Source: an uncultured Desulfobacteraceae bacterium (lineage in GTDB: Bacteria; Desulfobacterota; DSM-4660; Desulfatiglandales; B25-G16). Taken from it: a stretch of 64,000 nucleotides of DNA. Under the pieces are notes generated by a model. That model did not search any database and had not been told where the DNA came from. It saw only the letters and a list, made by a program, of their open reading frames with translations. Shown here piece by piece: positions 1 to 8,552 of the stretch; positions within the stretch are counted from its first letter, which is position 1; the number at the start of each line of letters is the position of its first letter. The stretch is from contig CAZSWT010000011.1 in assembly GCA_964611035.1 (NCBI GenBank), forward strand, positions 1,006-65,005. The letters run 5' to 3'. The position numbers and the translations under genes are program-made.

Positions 1-746
1 AAGCAAAATCGTATAGCGAGGATGAAAATCTATTGCACATCAGCCATGAGGCCGGAGTACTCGAAGATCCGGCTTATAGGCCTTCTGAAGATATCTTTTC
101 GATGTCACTCTCGCCTAAAAATGCCCCGGATAGGGAGACAATCATTGATATTTATTTTAAAGGCGGCAACCCGATCAAGGTGGTTAATAAGGATGACGGC
201 ACAGTAAAGGAAAAACCCTTAGACCTCTTTCTTTATTTGAATGAATTGGGTAGTCAAAACGGGATCGGCCGCCTTGATATGGTTGAAAATCGACACCTCG
301 GCATAAAATCAAGAGGTGTGTATGAAACACCTGGAGGCACCATACTATGGAAGGCCCACAGAGACCTTGAAGGCATAGCAATGGATAAGGAGGTAATGCA
401 TCTACGAGACAGTCTCATTCCCAAATTTTCAGAGTTATTATATTATGGATTTTGGTTTTCCCCGGAAGTTGATTTTTTGATGGCCGCCTTTAATCAGAGC
501 CAGCAAGCCATTGACGGCAAGGTCTCCGTCTGCCTCTATAAGGGAAACGTTACCATTATCGGAAGAGATTCACCTTTTTCCCTGTATGATAAAACGCTCT
601 CAAGCATGGAAATCGAAGGCGGATTTAATGCCATAGACACTTCAGGGTTTATTAATATCACCGCCATGAGACTAAAGGCGCATAATCTTATTTTACGAAA
701 AAGAAAGCCCTATCAATGGAGAGACCCCGCATTAGATGACACATAA
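1..746 (+). CDS. argG: Argininosuccinate synthase, C-terminal part (5' end outside window)
   Basis: Translation contains typical ArgG segments ([38 protein letters not shown]). The frame is open to the window start. Confidence 0.9.
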   Translation, partial: AKSYSEDENLLHISHEAGVLEDPAYRPSEDIFSMSLSPKNAPDRETIIDIYFKGGNPIKVVNKDDGTVKEKPLDLFLYLNELGSQNGIGRLDMVENRHLGIKSRGVYETPGGTILWKAHRDLEGIAMDKEVMHLRDSLIPKFSELLYYGFWFSPEVDFLMAAFNQSQQAIDGKVSVCLYKGNVTIIGRDSPFSLYDKTLSSMEIEGGFNAIDTSGFINITAMRLKAHNLILRKRKPYQWRDPALDDT

Positions 747-772
747 TGACAAATGACGGAAAAGACTGAAGC

Positions 773-803
773 CTGCCTACCCCGTTATAATCTGGGTGGG
801 CAG
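773..803. terminator. Stem-loop between convergent argG and the ATCase-like gene, possible bidirectional terminator
   Basis: ctgcctaccc / gggtgggcag form a 10-bp stem (one G-U) with an 11-nt loop. Only a weak T-run follows. Confidence 0.4.
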
Positions 804-867
804 TCCACATTTTATGCCTATTGGGCGTAGAACAATCTAATGGAGACAAACATCCTCATCCACTCCT

Positions 868-1932
868 TTAATACCGTAGTATTTCCTCGTGAACGTTAAA
901 TATATACGCAATCAAAGCAGCCCTTGTCCACATACCGTTTCGCTCCTGCCGCCAGTACATGGCTCTTGGATCAGAATCGATAGCCACATCAATTTCATCT
1001 CTTCGCGGAAAAGGATGCATAATAACTGCGTTTGCTCTTACTTGAGACATGTCAGAGGGTCGAAGCTTAAACCTGGAAATATCAACCCTGTTTGAATCAC
1101 CAGCACTAGTATCGTGCTCATCTTGAATCCTGGTCATATAAATCGCATCGGCTTTAGAAAGCACGTTTTCGAGAGCCTCAGTTTCAACATGATACGGGAT
1201 CTTATATCGTTCCAGGAAACTGCACACATCCTCTTTCATCTGGAAGGGCTTGGGAGAAGCAAAGATGATTTCGATATCTTCAAAGTTTTTCATCAAGTAG
1301 CTTAACGATCGTACTGTTCTGCCCCTTTTAAGATCCCCGCACATCAAAATTGTTTTCCCATCGAGTCCACCCTGGTTTGCGAAAGATCTTTGCAGGGTAT
1401 ATACATCGAGTATCGCCTGGGTGGGATGCTGATCGCTGCCTGAACCACCGTTAATAATTGGGACTGGGCGGTTGGAATAAGTATTCAGCAGCCAGGCAGC
1501 ACGTTCAGCAGGGGCTTCCCCCGTATGCCTCATAATGATTAAATCAGTATACGACGAAAATGTCCGTAAGCTATCATCATAGCTTTCACCCTTAACCTCT
1601 GATGAAACACTGACATCGCGAATCTCGGAGGTTTTAATGCCTAATATGTGACACGCGCTATTAAAAGAGAGGAAAGTCCTGGATGAAGGCTGGGTAAAAT
1701 AGAGCATGGCTCGTTTGTGGCAGAGGATATTTTGCATGAAAAGTGAGCCAGCCTTACTCTCTGATATATGTCGAAGGTGATTTGTAATATCATAAATATT
1801 GTCTATAATATCGCGACTCAACTGCTGCGAGATTATCATGTCAAAAAGGCGCCCATTTTTCTCAAAACACGTAACCTTTTCCTCTGTTGGAAGCTTTTGA
1901 AATTCAGCGAATCTTTCGTCCAAGATATTCAT
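868..1932 (-). CDS. Aspartate/ornithine carbamoyltransferase-family protein, ATCase-like with N-terminal extension
   Basis: Motifs SSRTF (variant of STRTR), IIMRH, HPTQ, GDLKRGRTVRS, YMTRIQ and HPFPR. The start is moved to the ATG at 1932 because the TTG at 1944 overlaps the GGAGGA ribosome-binding site. Confidence 0.75.
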   Translation of the reverse strand: MNILDERFAEFQKLPTEEKVTCFEKNGRLFDMIISQQLSRDIIDNIYDITNHLRHISESKAGSLFMQNILCHKRAMLYFTQPSSRTFLSFNSACHILGIKTSEIRDVSVSSEVKGESYDDSLRTFSSYTDLIIMRHTGEAPAERAAWLLNTYSNRPVPIINGGSGSDQHPTQAILDVYTLQRSFANQGGLDGKTILMCGDLKRGRTVRSLSYLMKNFEDIEIIFASPKPFQMKEDVCSFLERYKIPYHVETEALENVLSKADAIYMTRIQDEHDTSAGDSNRVDISRFKLRPSDMSQVRANAVIMHPFPRRDEIDVAIDSDPRAMYWRQERNGMWTRAALIAYIFNVHEEILRY

Positions 1933-2267
1933 GTAATCCTCCAATTAAAATTTGGGTAATTATATGCCTTTAGAAAGAAAAAGACCAGTGATAGATTTCT
2001 CTGTGGGACAGATCATAGGAATAACATTGACATCTTTTTCCTTGACTCCCAAAGTTATTTACTCCTACACTTACTAATCGAAAGAGGCATTTCATTCAAT
2101 TCAATCAACCGAGTTTACCCTGTTTCCTGAGGTGAGGGAAATTCCACTTAGGCCCTTGTGTCCTCATGTTATTTCTGATCCATGCACTGAAAACAAAATT
2201 ATTGCTGGTCCTGGCCTGGACGTTCTATTGAAAGAACCTCTGTTTACATTGAAAAGGTGATGAAACA

Positions 2268-3608
2268 ATGGCAAGGAAAAATGTCATTATTTTAGGCGCT
2301 GCTGGAAGAGATTTTCACAATTTTAACACCTATTATAGGGACAATGAAGAGTATAATGTGGTTGCCTTTACCGCCACACAAATCCCAAACATTGAGGGCA
2401 GAAAATACCCCGCTGAATTGGCAGGTAATTTATATCCAGATGGTATTCCAATTTTTTCAGAAGAAAAACTGCCACAATTAATTAAAGAGTATAATGTTGA
2501 TGATTGTGTTTTCTCATATACCGACGTTCCTTACACATACGTAATGGGAGTAAGCGCGCTCATTAATGCTGCCGGTGCGAACTTTATATTGTTAGGCACG
2601 AAGGATACTATGATAAAAAGCAGCAAGCCGATGGTTGCAGTGTGTGCTGTGAGAACCGGTTGCGGTAAAAGCCAGACTTCAAGAAAAATTATTGAATTAT
2701 TGATTAAAAAAGGTTTGAAAGTAGTTACGGTGCGTCATCCAATGTCTTATGGTGACTTAGCTGCTCAAAGGGTTCAACGTTTTGCTCACATTGCAGATTT
2801 AAAAAAACATAATTGCACTATTGAAGAAATGGAAGAGTACGAACCAGACCTAATACGAGGAAATGTAATTTATGCCGGTGTTGATTATGAAGCTGTGCTA
2901 AAGGCGGCAGAACAAGATCCTGATGGATGTGACGTTGTGCTCTGGGATGGTGGAAACAATGACTTCCCGTTCTATGTGCCTGATTTAATGATAACTGTTG
3001 TTGACCCGCATCGTCCGGGACATGAATTGTCATATTATCCCAGTGAAGTTACCTTAAAAATTGCTGATGTGGTTATTATCAATAAAATGGATACTGCTGA
3101 TGCCGCTGGCATTCAAACGGTAAGAGAAAGTATCGCAAAGGTTAACCCTGATGCAATTGTCGTTGATGCTACCTCGCCTATTCGGGTTGATAATCCTGAA
3201 GTTATCAAAGGCAAAAAAGTATTAGTCGTTGAGGATGGGCCAACACTGACTCATGGTGGAATGAAGTTTGGTGCAGGTACAATTGCTGCTAATAAATTTG
3301 GTGCAGCCGCATTAGTGGACCCACGACCTTACACGGTTGGTAGGCTTTCTGAAACCTTCAAAATCTATCCTGAAATAGGAACCTTGCTGCCGGCAATGGG
3401 GTATGATCAACAGCAATTAAAGGACCTCGAAACCACGATCAACAATACAGCATGTGAGGCAGTTATTATCGGTACTCCAATAGATTTGAACAGGATTATC
3501 AACATCAAGAGACCGAGCACGAGAGTCTATTATGATTTAGTGGAGATCGGAAGCCCAAACCTTGAAGAAATCTTAAGCGATTTTGTGAAAAGACAAAATC
3601 TTTATTAA
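2268..3608 (+). CDS. COG2403-type P-loop GTPase-like protein (family usually annotated as cyclic 2,3-diphosphoglycerate synthetase), candidate arginine synthetase
   Basis: 446 aa. N-terminus VIILGAAGRDFHNFN...VVAFTATQIP, Walker-A-like RTGCGKSQ, LWDGGNND, and NKMD resembling the G4 motif. AAGGTG RBS upstream. Lies directly upstream of OTC and carbamate kinase. Confidence 0.7.
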   Translation: MARKNVIILGAAGRDFHNFNTYYRDNEEYNVVAFTATQIPNIEGRKYPAELAGNLYPDGIPIFSEEKLPQLIKEYNVDDCVFSYTDVPYTYVMGVSALINAAGANFILLGTKDTMIKSSKPMVAVCAVRTGCGKSQTSRKIIELLIKKGLKVVTVRHPMSYGDLAAQRVQRFAHIADLKKHNCTIEEMEEYEPDLIRGNVIYAGVDYEAVLKAAEQDPDGCDVVLWDGGNNDFPFYVPDLMITVVDPHRPGHELSYYPSEVTLKIADVVIINKMDTADAAGIQTVRESIAKVNPDAIVVDATSPIRVDNPEVIKGKKVLVVEDGPTLTHGGMKFGAGTIAANKFGAAALVDPRPYTVGRLSETFKIYPEIGTLLPAMGYDQQQLKDLETTINNTACEAVIIGTPIDLNRIINIKRPSTRVYYDLVEIGSPNLEEILSDFVKRQNLY

Positions 3609-3614
3609 ATTATC

Positions 3615-3908
3615 GTAACATTTTAGCTCTTTGAAATTACCTGGTGAATGAGCATGGGAATGTCTTTTTTTAACCATGCCCTCACAATGACAAGCCGGTA
3701 GGCCGCTTCAAACCAGTGCACACGGACAAAGTTCCTAGAAGACAATGACGAGTTGCTCGTGCACATGGTTTTGAAGCGGCACGCTGAGGCCCCATGTTAG
3801 AGGGCATGATGTAAAAAAAGACATCCCCATGCTCATGCGTCTCACCAAGGATAACTATGTGGCCTTTAATAAAGGCCAGGGGGAGTTTTCAAAGAGCTAA
3901 AATGTTAC
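3615..3908. mobile_element. MITE-like element, 294-bp near-perfect palindrome with GTAAC...GTTAC termini
   Basis: 22-bp perfect terminal inverted repeats (gtaacattttagctctttgaaa / tttcaaagagctaaaatgttac). Flanked by an identical 8-bp direct repeat aaattatc (3607-3614 and 3909-3916). Inner arms also pair (gagcatggg...ccatgccctc with gagggcatg...cccatgctc). No ORF. Confidence 0.7.
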
Positions 3909-3956
3909 AAATTATCATGTGCTTGACTCTCGATTATATAAAGAAAGGAGCAAAGG

Positions 3957-4958
3957 GTGACGTATCATTTAAAAAATAGAAATTTTTTGAAGTTATTGGA
4001 TTTTACACCTGAAGAAATTCAATTTTTACTGGATCTTTCTGCCGATTTGAAAAAAGCAAAATACGCAGGAAAAGAGCAGCCCACATTAACAGGAAAAAAT
4101 ATAGCCTTAATTTTCGAAAAAGCATCAACCAGGACCAGGTGTGCTTTTGAGGTGGCTTCCTATGACCAGGGAGCAAGGGTAACGTATCTTGATCCGTCAG
4201 GCTCTCAAATTGGCAAGAAAGAATCAATCAAAGATACTGCGAGAGTGCTTGGTAGAATGTATGACGGCATTGGGTATCGTGGTTTTGGGCAAAAAATAGT
4301 CGAGGAGTTGGGAAAATATACAGGTATCCCTGTATGGAATGGCCTCACAAATGAATACCATCCGACTCAGGTTCTTGCAGATTTTTTGACAATGATGGAA
4401 TATTCTGACAAGCCCTTAAGCAAGGTAAAGTTTGCGTATGTGGGTGATGCAAAAAACAATATGGGTAATTCATTATTGATTGGTGCTGCAAAAATGGGAA
4501 TGGATTTTCGCTCTGTTGCGCCTAAAAAGGTTCAGCCCAACAAAGAATTAGTCAAAGAGGCAAAAACGATAGCTAAGGAAACCGGGGCAAAACTATTAGT
4601 AACCCATGTTTTGCGAGAAGGTGTAAAGGATTGTGATTTTCTCTATTCAGATGTCTGGGTTTCAATGGGTGAGCCAGAAAAGGTATGGAAAGAAAGAATA
4701 GAATTATTAAAACCCTATCAGATCAACAATGATACTATGAAAATAACAGGCAATCCTCATGTAAAATTTATGCACTGTTTGCCTTCCCTCCATAATCGTG
4801 AGACAATTATTGGAGAGAATATTTATAAAAAATTCGGCTTAGATGGAATGGAGGTAACCGAAGAAGTGTTTGAATCAGAAGCATCTATCGTTTTTGATGA
4901 AGCTGAAAACAGGGTGCATACTATAAAAGCAGTTATGGTTGCAACTTTAGGGTTTTAG
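3957..4958 (+). CDS. argF: Ornithine carbamoyltransferase
   Basis: STRTR, HPTQ, DVWVSMG and HCLP motifs. 333 aa. GTG start 6 nt after AAGGAG. Its position next to carbamate kinase suggests a catabolic (ArcB-like) role. Confidence 0.92.
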   Translation: MTYHLKNRNFLKLLDFTPEEIQFLLDLSADLKKAKYAGKEQPTLTGKNIALIFEKASTRTRCAFEVASYDQGARVTYLDPSGSQIGKKESIKDTARVLGRMYDGIGYRGFGQKIVEELGKYTGIPVWNGLTNEYHPTQVLADFLTMMEYSDKPLSKVKFAYVGDAKNNMGNSLLIGAAKMGMDFRSVAPKKVQPNKELVKEAKTIAKETGAKLLVTHVLREGVKDCDFLYSDVWVSMGEPEKVWKERIELLKPYQINNDTMKITGNPHVKFMHCLPSLHNRETIIGENIYKKFGLDGMEVTEEVFESEASIVFDEAENRVHTIKAVMVATLGF

Positions 4959-5044
4959 TCACTATAAGGCTTATTAAAATTGTGTATATTATGGTAATAT
5001 AAAAAAATATTCCTTTGCCAAATAACTTCTCATGGGGAGTATAA

Positions 5045-6025
5045 TTGACAGAAAAAGAATCTCACATGTCACAGCCTGGCAAACTCATTGTTATCGCATT
5101 GGGGGGAAACGCAATACTAAAAGCTCATCAGATAGGAATTGTGGAAGAGCAATTAGAAAATATTCGCATCACATGGGAGCAACTCCTCCAAATGATAATG
5201 AAGGGACATAAGATTATTATTACTCACGGCAATGGGCCACAGATCGGCAATCTTCTCATACAGCAGGAAGAGGTTCATTCAACAGTCCCAGCGATGCCAA
5301 TGGATGTTTGCGGGGCTATGAGCCAGGGGCAAATCGGATACATGCTTGAACAGGTTTTACACGATTTGCTCCGAGCCAATGGAATAAACAAAGATATCCT
5401 GACAGTAATTACTCAAGTTATGGTGGATAGCGATGAGTCTGCCTTTAAGAATCCTACAAAACCTATAGGTCCATTCTACAATGCGGAAACAAAAGAACGC
5501 TACGAGAAGGAAAAGGCCTACATCATTAAGGAAGTAAAACCAGGGAATCATCGTCCCTTCCGAAGGGTGGTTCCATCTCCGAATCCTTTAAGAATTATAG
5601 AGGCCAGAGCCCTTAAACATTTGGTAGATACTGGCATCATTATCATTGCTGCCGGTGGTGGTGGTATTCCAGTGACAATGGATTCCAAGGGAAATTATCA
5701 CGGGGTGAATGCAGTCATTGATAAAGATTTGGCAGGGGAAAAGCTGGCTGAGGCTGTTATTGCTGATTTACTCATCATTCTTACAGATGTGGAGAAGGTT
5801 TTCCTCAATTTTGGCAAACCGACACAAATTGCCTTAGATATCGTTCAATTAGAAAAAGCAAAGATGTATCAGAAAGAGGGACACTTTTCTCCCGGGAGCA
5901 TGGGCCCCAAGGTTGAGGCCTGTTTACGGTTTTTGGAGTTTGGAGGGCAAGAGGCAATTATCACGTCCCTGGATAAGGCATCCTCTGCGCTTGAGGGCAA
6001 AACAGGTACTCATTTTATCCCCTAA
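5045..6025 (+). CDS. arcC: Carbamate kinase
   Basis: VIALGGNAIL, ITHGNGPQIGN and IIAAGGGGIPV motifs. TTG start after GGGGAG; the alternative ATG is at 5066. Confidence 0.9.
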   Translation: MTEKESHMSQPGKLIVIALGGNAILKAHQIGIVEEQLENIRITWEQLLQMIMKGHKIIITHGNGPQIGNLLIQQEEVHSTVPAMPMDVCGAMSQGQIGYMLEQVLHDLLRANGINKDILTVITQVMVDSDESAFKNPTKPIGPFYNAETKERYEKEKAYIIKEVKPGNHRPFRRVVPSPNPLRIIEARALKHLVDTGIIIIAAGGGGIPVTMDSKGNYHGVNAVIDKDLAGEKLAEAVIADLLIILTDVEKVFLNFGKPTQIALDIVQLEKAKMYQKEGHFSPGSMGPKVEACLRFLEFGGQEAIITSLDKASSALEGKTGTHFIP

Positions 6026-6051
6026 GGCAATCCCCAAAAGGAGAAATAGTA

Positions 6052-6990
6052 ATGTTTCATTTACTCGAGGCCCAGCAATTCACCAAGAGGAATCTTAGAG
6101 AGCTTTTTGATCTCAGCAGTCGTCTCGAGACAATTTTAGCCCAGGGGGGTGACGAATGTTTAAAGGGTAAGATTTTAGCCAGCCTTTATTTCACTCCGAG
6201 CTTGAGGACACGTTTTTCTTTTGAGGCTGCCATGCTCCGTTTAGGGGGGAGCATCCTATCTACAGAAGCAGCCGACATTTTTTCATCAGAGCTCAAAGGT
6301 CGATTCGAAGACACTATCCAGGTAGTATCCGAAATGTCCGATGTCATAGTACTGCGACATTATGAAAGCGGGTTTGCCAAAAGAGCAGCTGCAGTTTCGT
6401 GTGTCCCAATAATCAATGCCGGAGACGGTCCGGCCCAGCATCCAACCCAAGCCTTACTTGACCTCTATACCATCGATCGTCATTTAGGAGGTGTGGACGG
6501 CTGTTCCATCGCTATGGTTGGGGATCTGAGTGGACGCACTGTCCGTTCTCTGTGCTATTTCTTAGCCAAATTCCATGGAATTTCCATATCCTTTATCTCC
6601 CCCGATTTAACAGAGGTCAAAGACGACATAAAGGAGTATCTCCAGCGACATAAAGTTCGGTTCACAGAGATTACGAACCCAAAAGACGGATTAGTAGATC
6701 TGGTCAAAGAGGTTGATGTCGTGCACATCACTCAACTCTCAAAAGAATATTTTACAGATCACCTCGAGGATTACAAGCAAACTATACGCAATTATGCACT
6801 CAGCGCAAAGGCGCTACGCGCTATGAAGAGATCTGCTGTGATTATGCATCCACTTCCGCGTGCCGATGAATTGCCTGATGAATCAGACAGTGATCCCAGG
6901 GCAATTTATTTTCTTCAAAACCGTTATGGGCTCTATGTTCGCATGGCAATACTCTGTACTGTCTTGAGTTGTTATCCAAAATTTCTGTAA
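6052..6990 (+). CDS. Transcarbamylase of uncertain specificity (ATCase-fold)
   Basis: SLRTRFSFE, VLRH, QHPTQ, GDLSGRTVRS and HPLPR are present. The segment aligning to E. coli YMTRVQKER reads HITQLSKEY, so R229 and Q231 are not conserved. AAGGAG RBS. Confidence 0.75.
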   Translation: MFHLLEAQQFTKRNLRELFDLSSRLETILAQGGDECLKGKILASLYFTPSLRTRFSFEAAMLRLGGSILSTEAADIFSSELKGRFEDTIQVVSEMSDVIVLRHYESGFAKRAAAVSCVPIINAGDGPAQHPTQALLDLYTIDRHLGGVDGCSIAMVGDLSGRTVRSLCYFLAKFHGISISFISPDLTEVKDDIKEYLQRHKVRFTEITNPKDGLVDLVKEVDVVHITQLSKEYFTDHLEDYKQTIRNYALSAKALRAMKRSAVIMHPLPRADELPDESDSDPRAIYFLQNRYGLYVRMAILCTVLSCYPKFL

Positions 6991-7211
6991 ACATACCCAT
7001 CTTACATGTAATAGATAACTATTGGATGATGATCGAAATTAGAGAAACGGGGAGAGACAGAAAGGCAATTAGATAAAAGAACTTTACCAAATAGACCCTA
7101 TTATGTTAACCCTACAAAAAGTTATTGCATGAGGGTTAGCAATCCTTATTGCGCGAATGGTAACGCTCATTGAAAGATTAGAAAAAGATTGTATATAAAC
7201 TGGAGGATTAC

Positions 7212-8540
7212 ATGCTTTGTGAAACAAAAAATGATGTGTTAAAATTGGTTAAGGAGAAAAATATCAGCTTTATCCAGTTCTGGTTTACAGATGTGTTGGG
7301 GATATTAAAGAGTTTTGCTGTTACCCCGTCTGAGCTGGAAGAAGGATTAGAAGAGGGAATGGGCTTTGATGGCTCCTCTATCGAAGGCTTCGCCAGGATT
7401 GAGGAGAGTGATATGATTGCCATGCCTGATCCGAGCACCTTTCAGTTCCTCCCCTGGCGACCCCAAGACAGACCAGTAGGCAGCATATTTTGCGATATCC
7501 TTCAGCCAGATGGAAGCCCCTATGAAGGGGATTCCCGATATGTCTTAAAGAGGATGACAAAAAAACTGGCTGAAATGGGATACACAGCTTACATGGGGCC
7601 GGAGCTGGAGTTCTTCTGTTTTGAGAGCCAGGATAATCCCAAGCCTATTGATAAGGGAGGATATTTTGACAATAGACCCTTAGACATGGGCAGTGATTTG
7701 AGAAGAGAAATAATCTTTGCCCTCCAGGATATGGATATCCGTGTAGAATACAGCCACCATGAGGTCGCCCCCAGTCAGCATGAAATTGACCTCAAGTATG
7801 ACGAAGCATTGACCATGGCCGACAAGACCATGTCTTACAGGATAGTAGCAAAAGAGATTGCGAGGAAGATGGGTTATTATGCCACTTTTATGCCCAAACC
7901 ACTCTTCGGCGAAAATGGCAGTGGCATGCATGTGCATCAATCTCTGTTTAGGGGAGACATTAATGCCTTTTATGATCCCCAGGATCAGTATAATCTTTCT
8001 CAATTAGCAAAGTTATACATTGCCGGTATTATAAGACACGCACGAGAGCTTGCAGCAATAACCAACCAGTGGGTAAACTCCTATAAAAGATTGGTCCCCG
8101 GCTATGAGGCGCCTGTCTATATTTCATGGGCCAGGCGCAATCGCTCGACAATGGTTCGCGTCCCCATGTACAAACCAGGAAAGGAGCAGGCCACGAGGAT
8201 CGAGTTCAGGTCTCCTGATCCGGCCTGTAATCCCTATTTGGCATTCGCAGTTATGCTTGCTGCGGGACTAAAGGGGATTGAGGAAAACTACCCGCTCCCG
8301 GAGCCAATAGAGGAGGATATTTATGAGATGGATGAGACAGCCCGGAAAGATGCTGGAATCATCTCTTTGCCAGGAAACCTTTTTGAAGCACTTCAAGAGG
8401 TAGAGAAGAGCGAGCTTGTAAGGGAAACCCTGGGTGATCATATCTTTAATAAGTTTGTGGCCAACAAAAAGATAGAATGGGACAGATACAGGACTCACGT
8501 AAGCCAGTTTGAGATTGAAAAATATCTTCCGATTCTTTAA
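7212..8540 (+). CDS. glnA: Glutamine synthetase, type I
   Basis: 442 aa with typical GlnA blocks (FWFTDVLG, GFDGSSIEGF, MGPELEFF, NGSGMHVHQS, NSYKRLVPGYEAP). Confidence 0.95.
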   Translation: MLCETKNDVLKLVKEKNISFIQFWFTDVLGILKSFAVTPSELEEGLEEGMGFDGSSIEGFARIEESDMIAMPDPSTFQFLPWRPQDRPVGSIFCDILQPDGSPYEGDSRYVLKRMTKKLAEMGYTAYMGPELEFFCFESQDNPKPIDKGGYFDNRPLDMGSDLRREIIFALQDMDIRVEYSHHEVAPSQHEIDLKYDEALTMADKTMSYRIVAKEIARKMGYYATFMPKPLFGENGSGMHVHQSLFRGDINAFYDPQDQYNLSQLAKLYIAGIIRHARELAAITNQWVNSYKRLVPGYEAPVYISWARRNRSTMVRVPMYKPGKEQATRIEFRSPDPACNPYLAFAVMLAAGLKGIEENYPLPEPIEEDIYEMDETARKDAGIISLPGNLFEALQEVEKSELVRETLGDHIFNKFVANKKIEWDRYRTHVSQFEIEKYLPIL

Positions 8541-8552
8541 GAGAGCAACACC

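Noticed and set aside
7100-7211. Sigma-54 (-24/-12) promoter upstream of glnA (ttagcaatccttattgc).
   Set aside because: The GG and GC elements are mismatched (TAGCA rather than TGGCA), and the spacing is one nucleotide too long.
7201-7214. An identical 14-nt translation initiation region, TGGAGGATTACATG, at glnA (7201-7214) and, reverse-complemented, at the ATCase-like gene (1930-1943).
   Set aside because: It is most simply explained as a strong Shine-Dalgarno sequence plus optimal spacing. Some 14-mer coincidences are expected in 64 kb on two strands. This is not enough to claim shared regulation.
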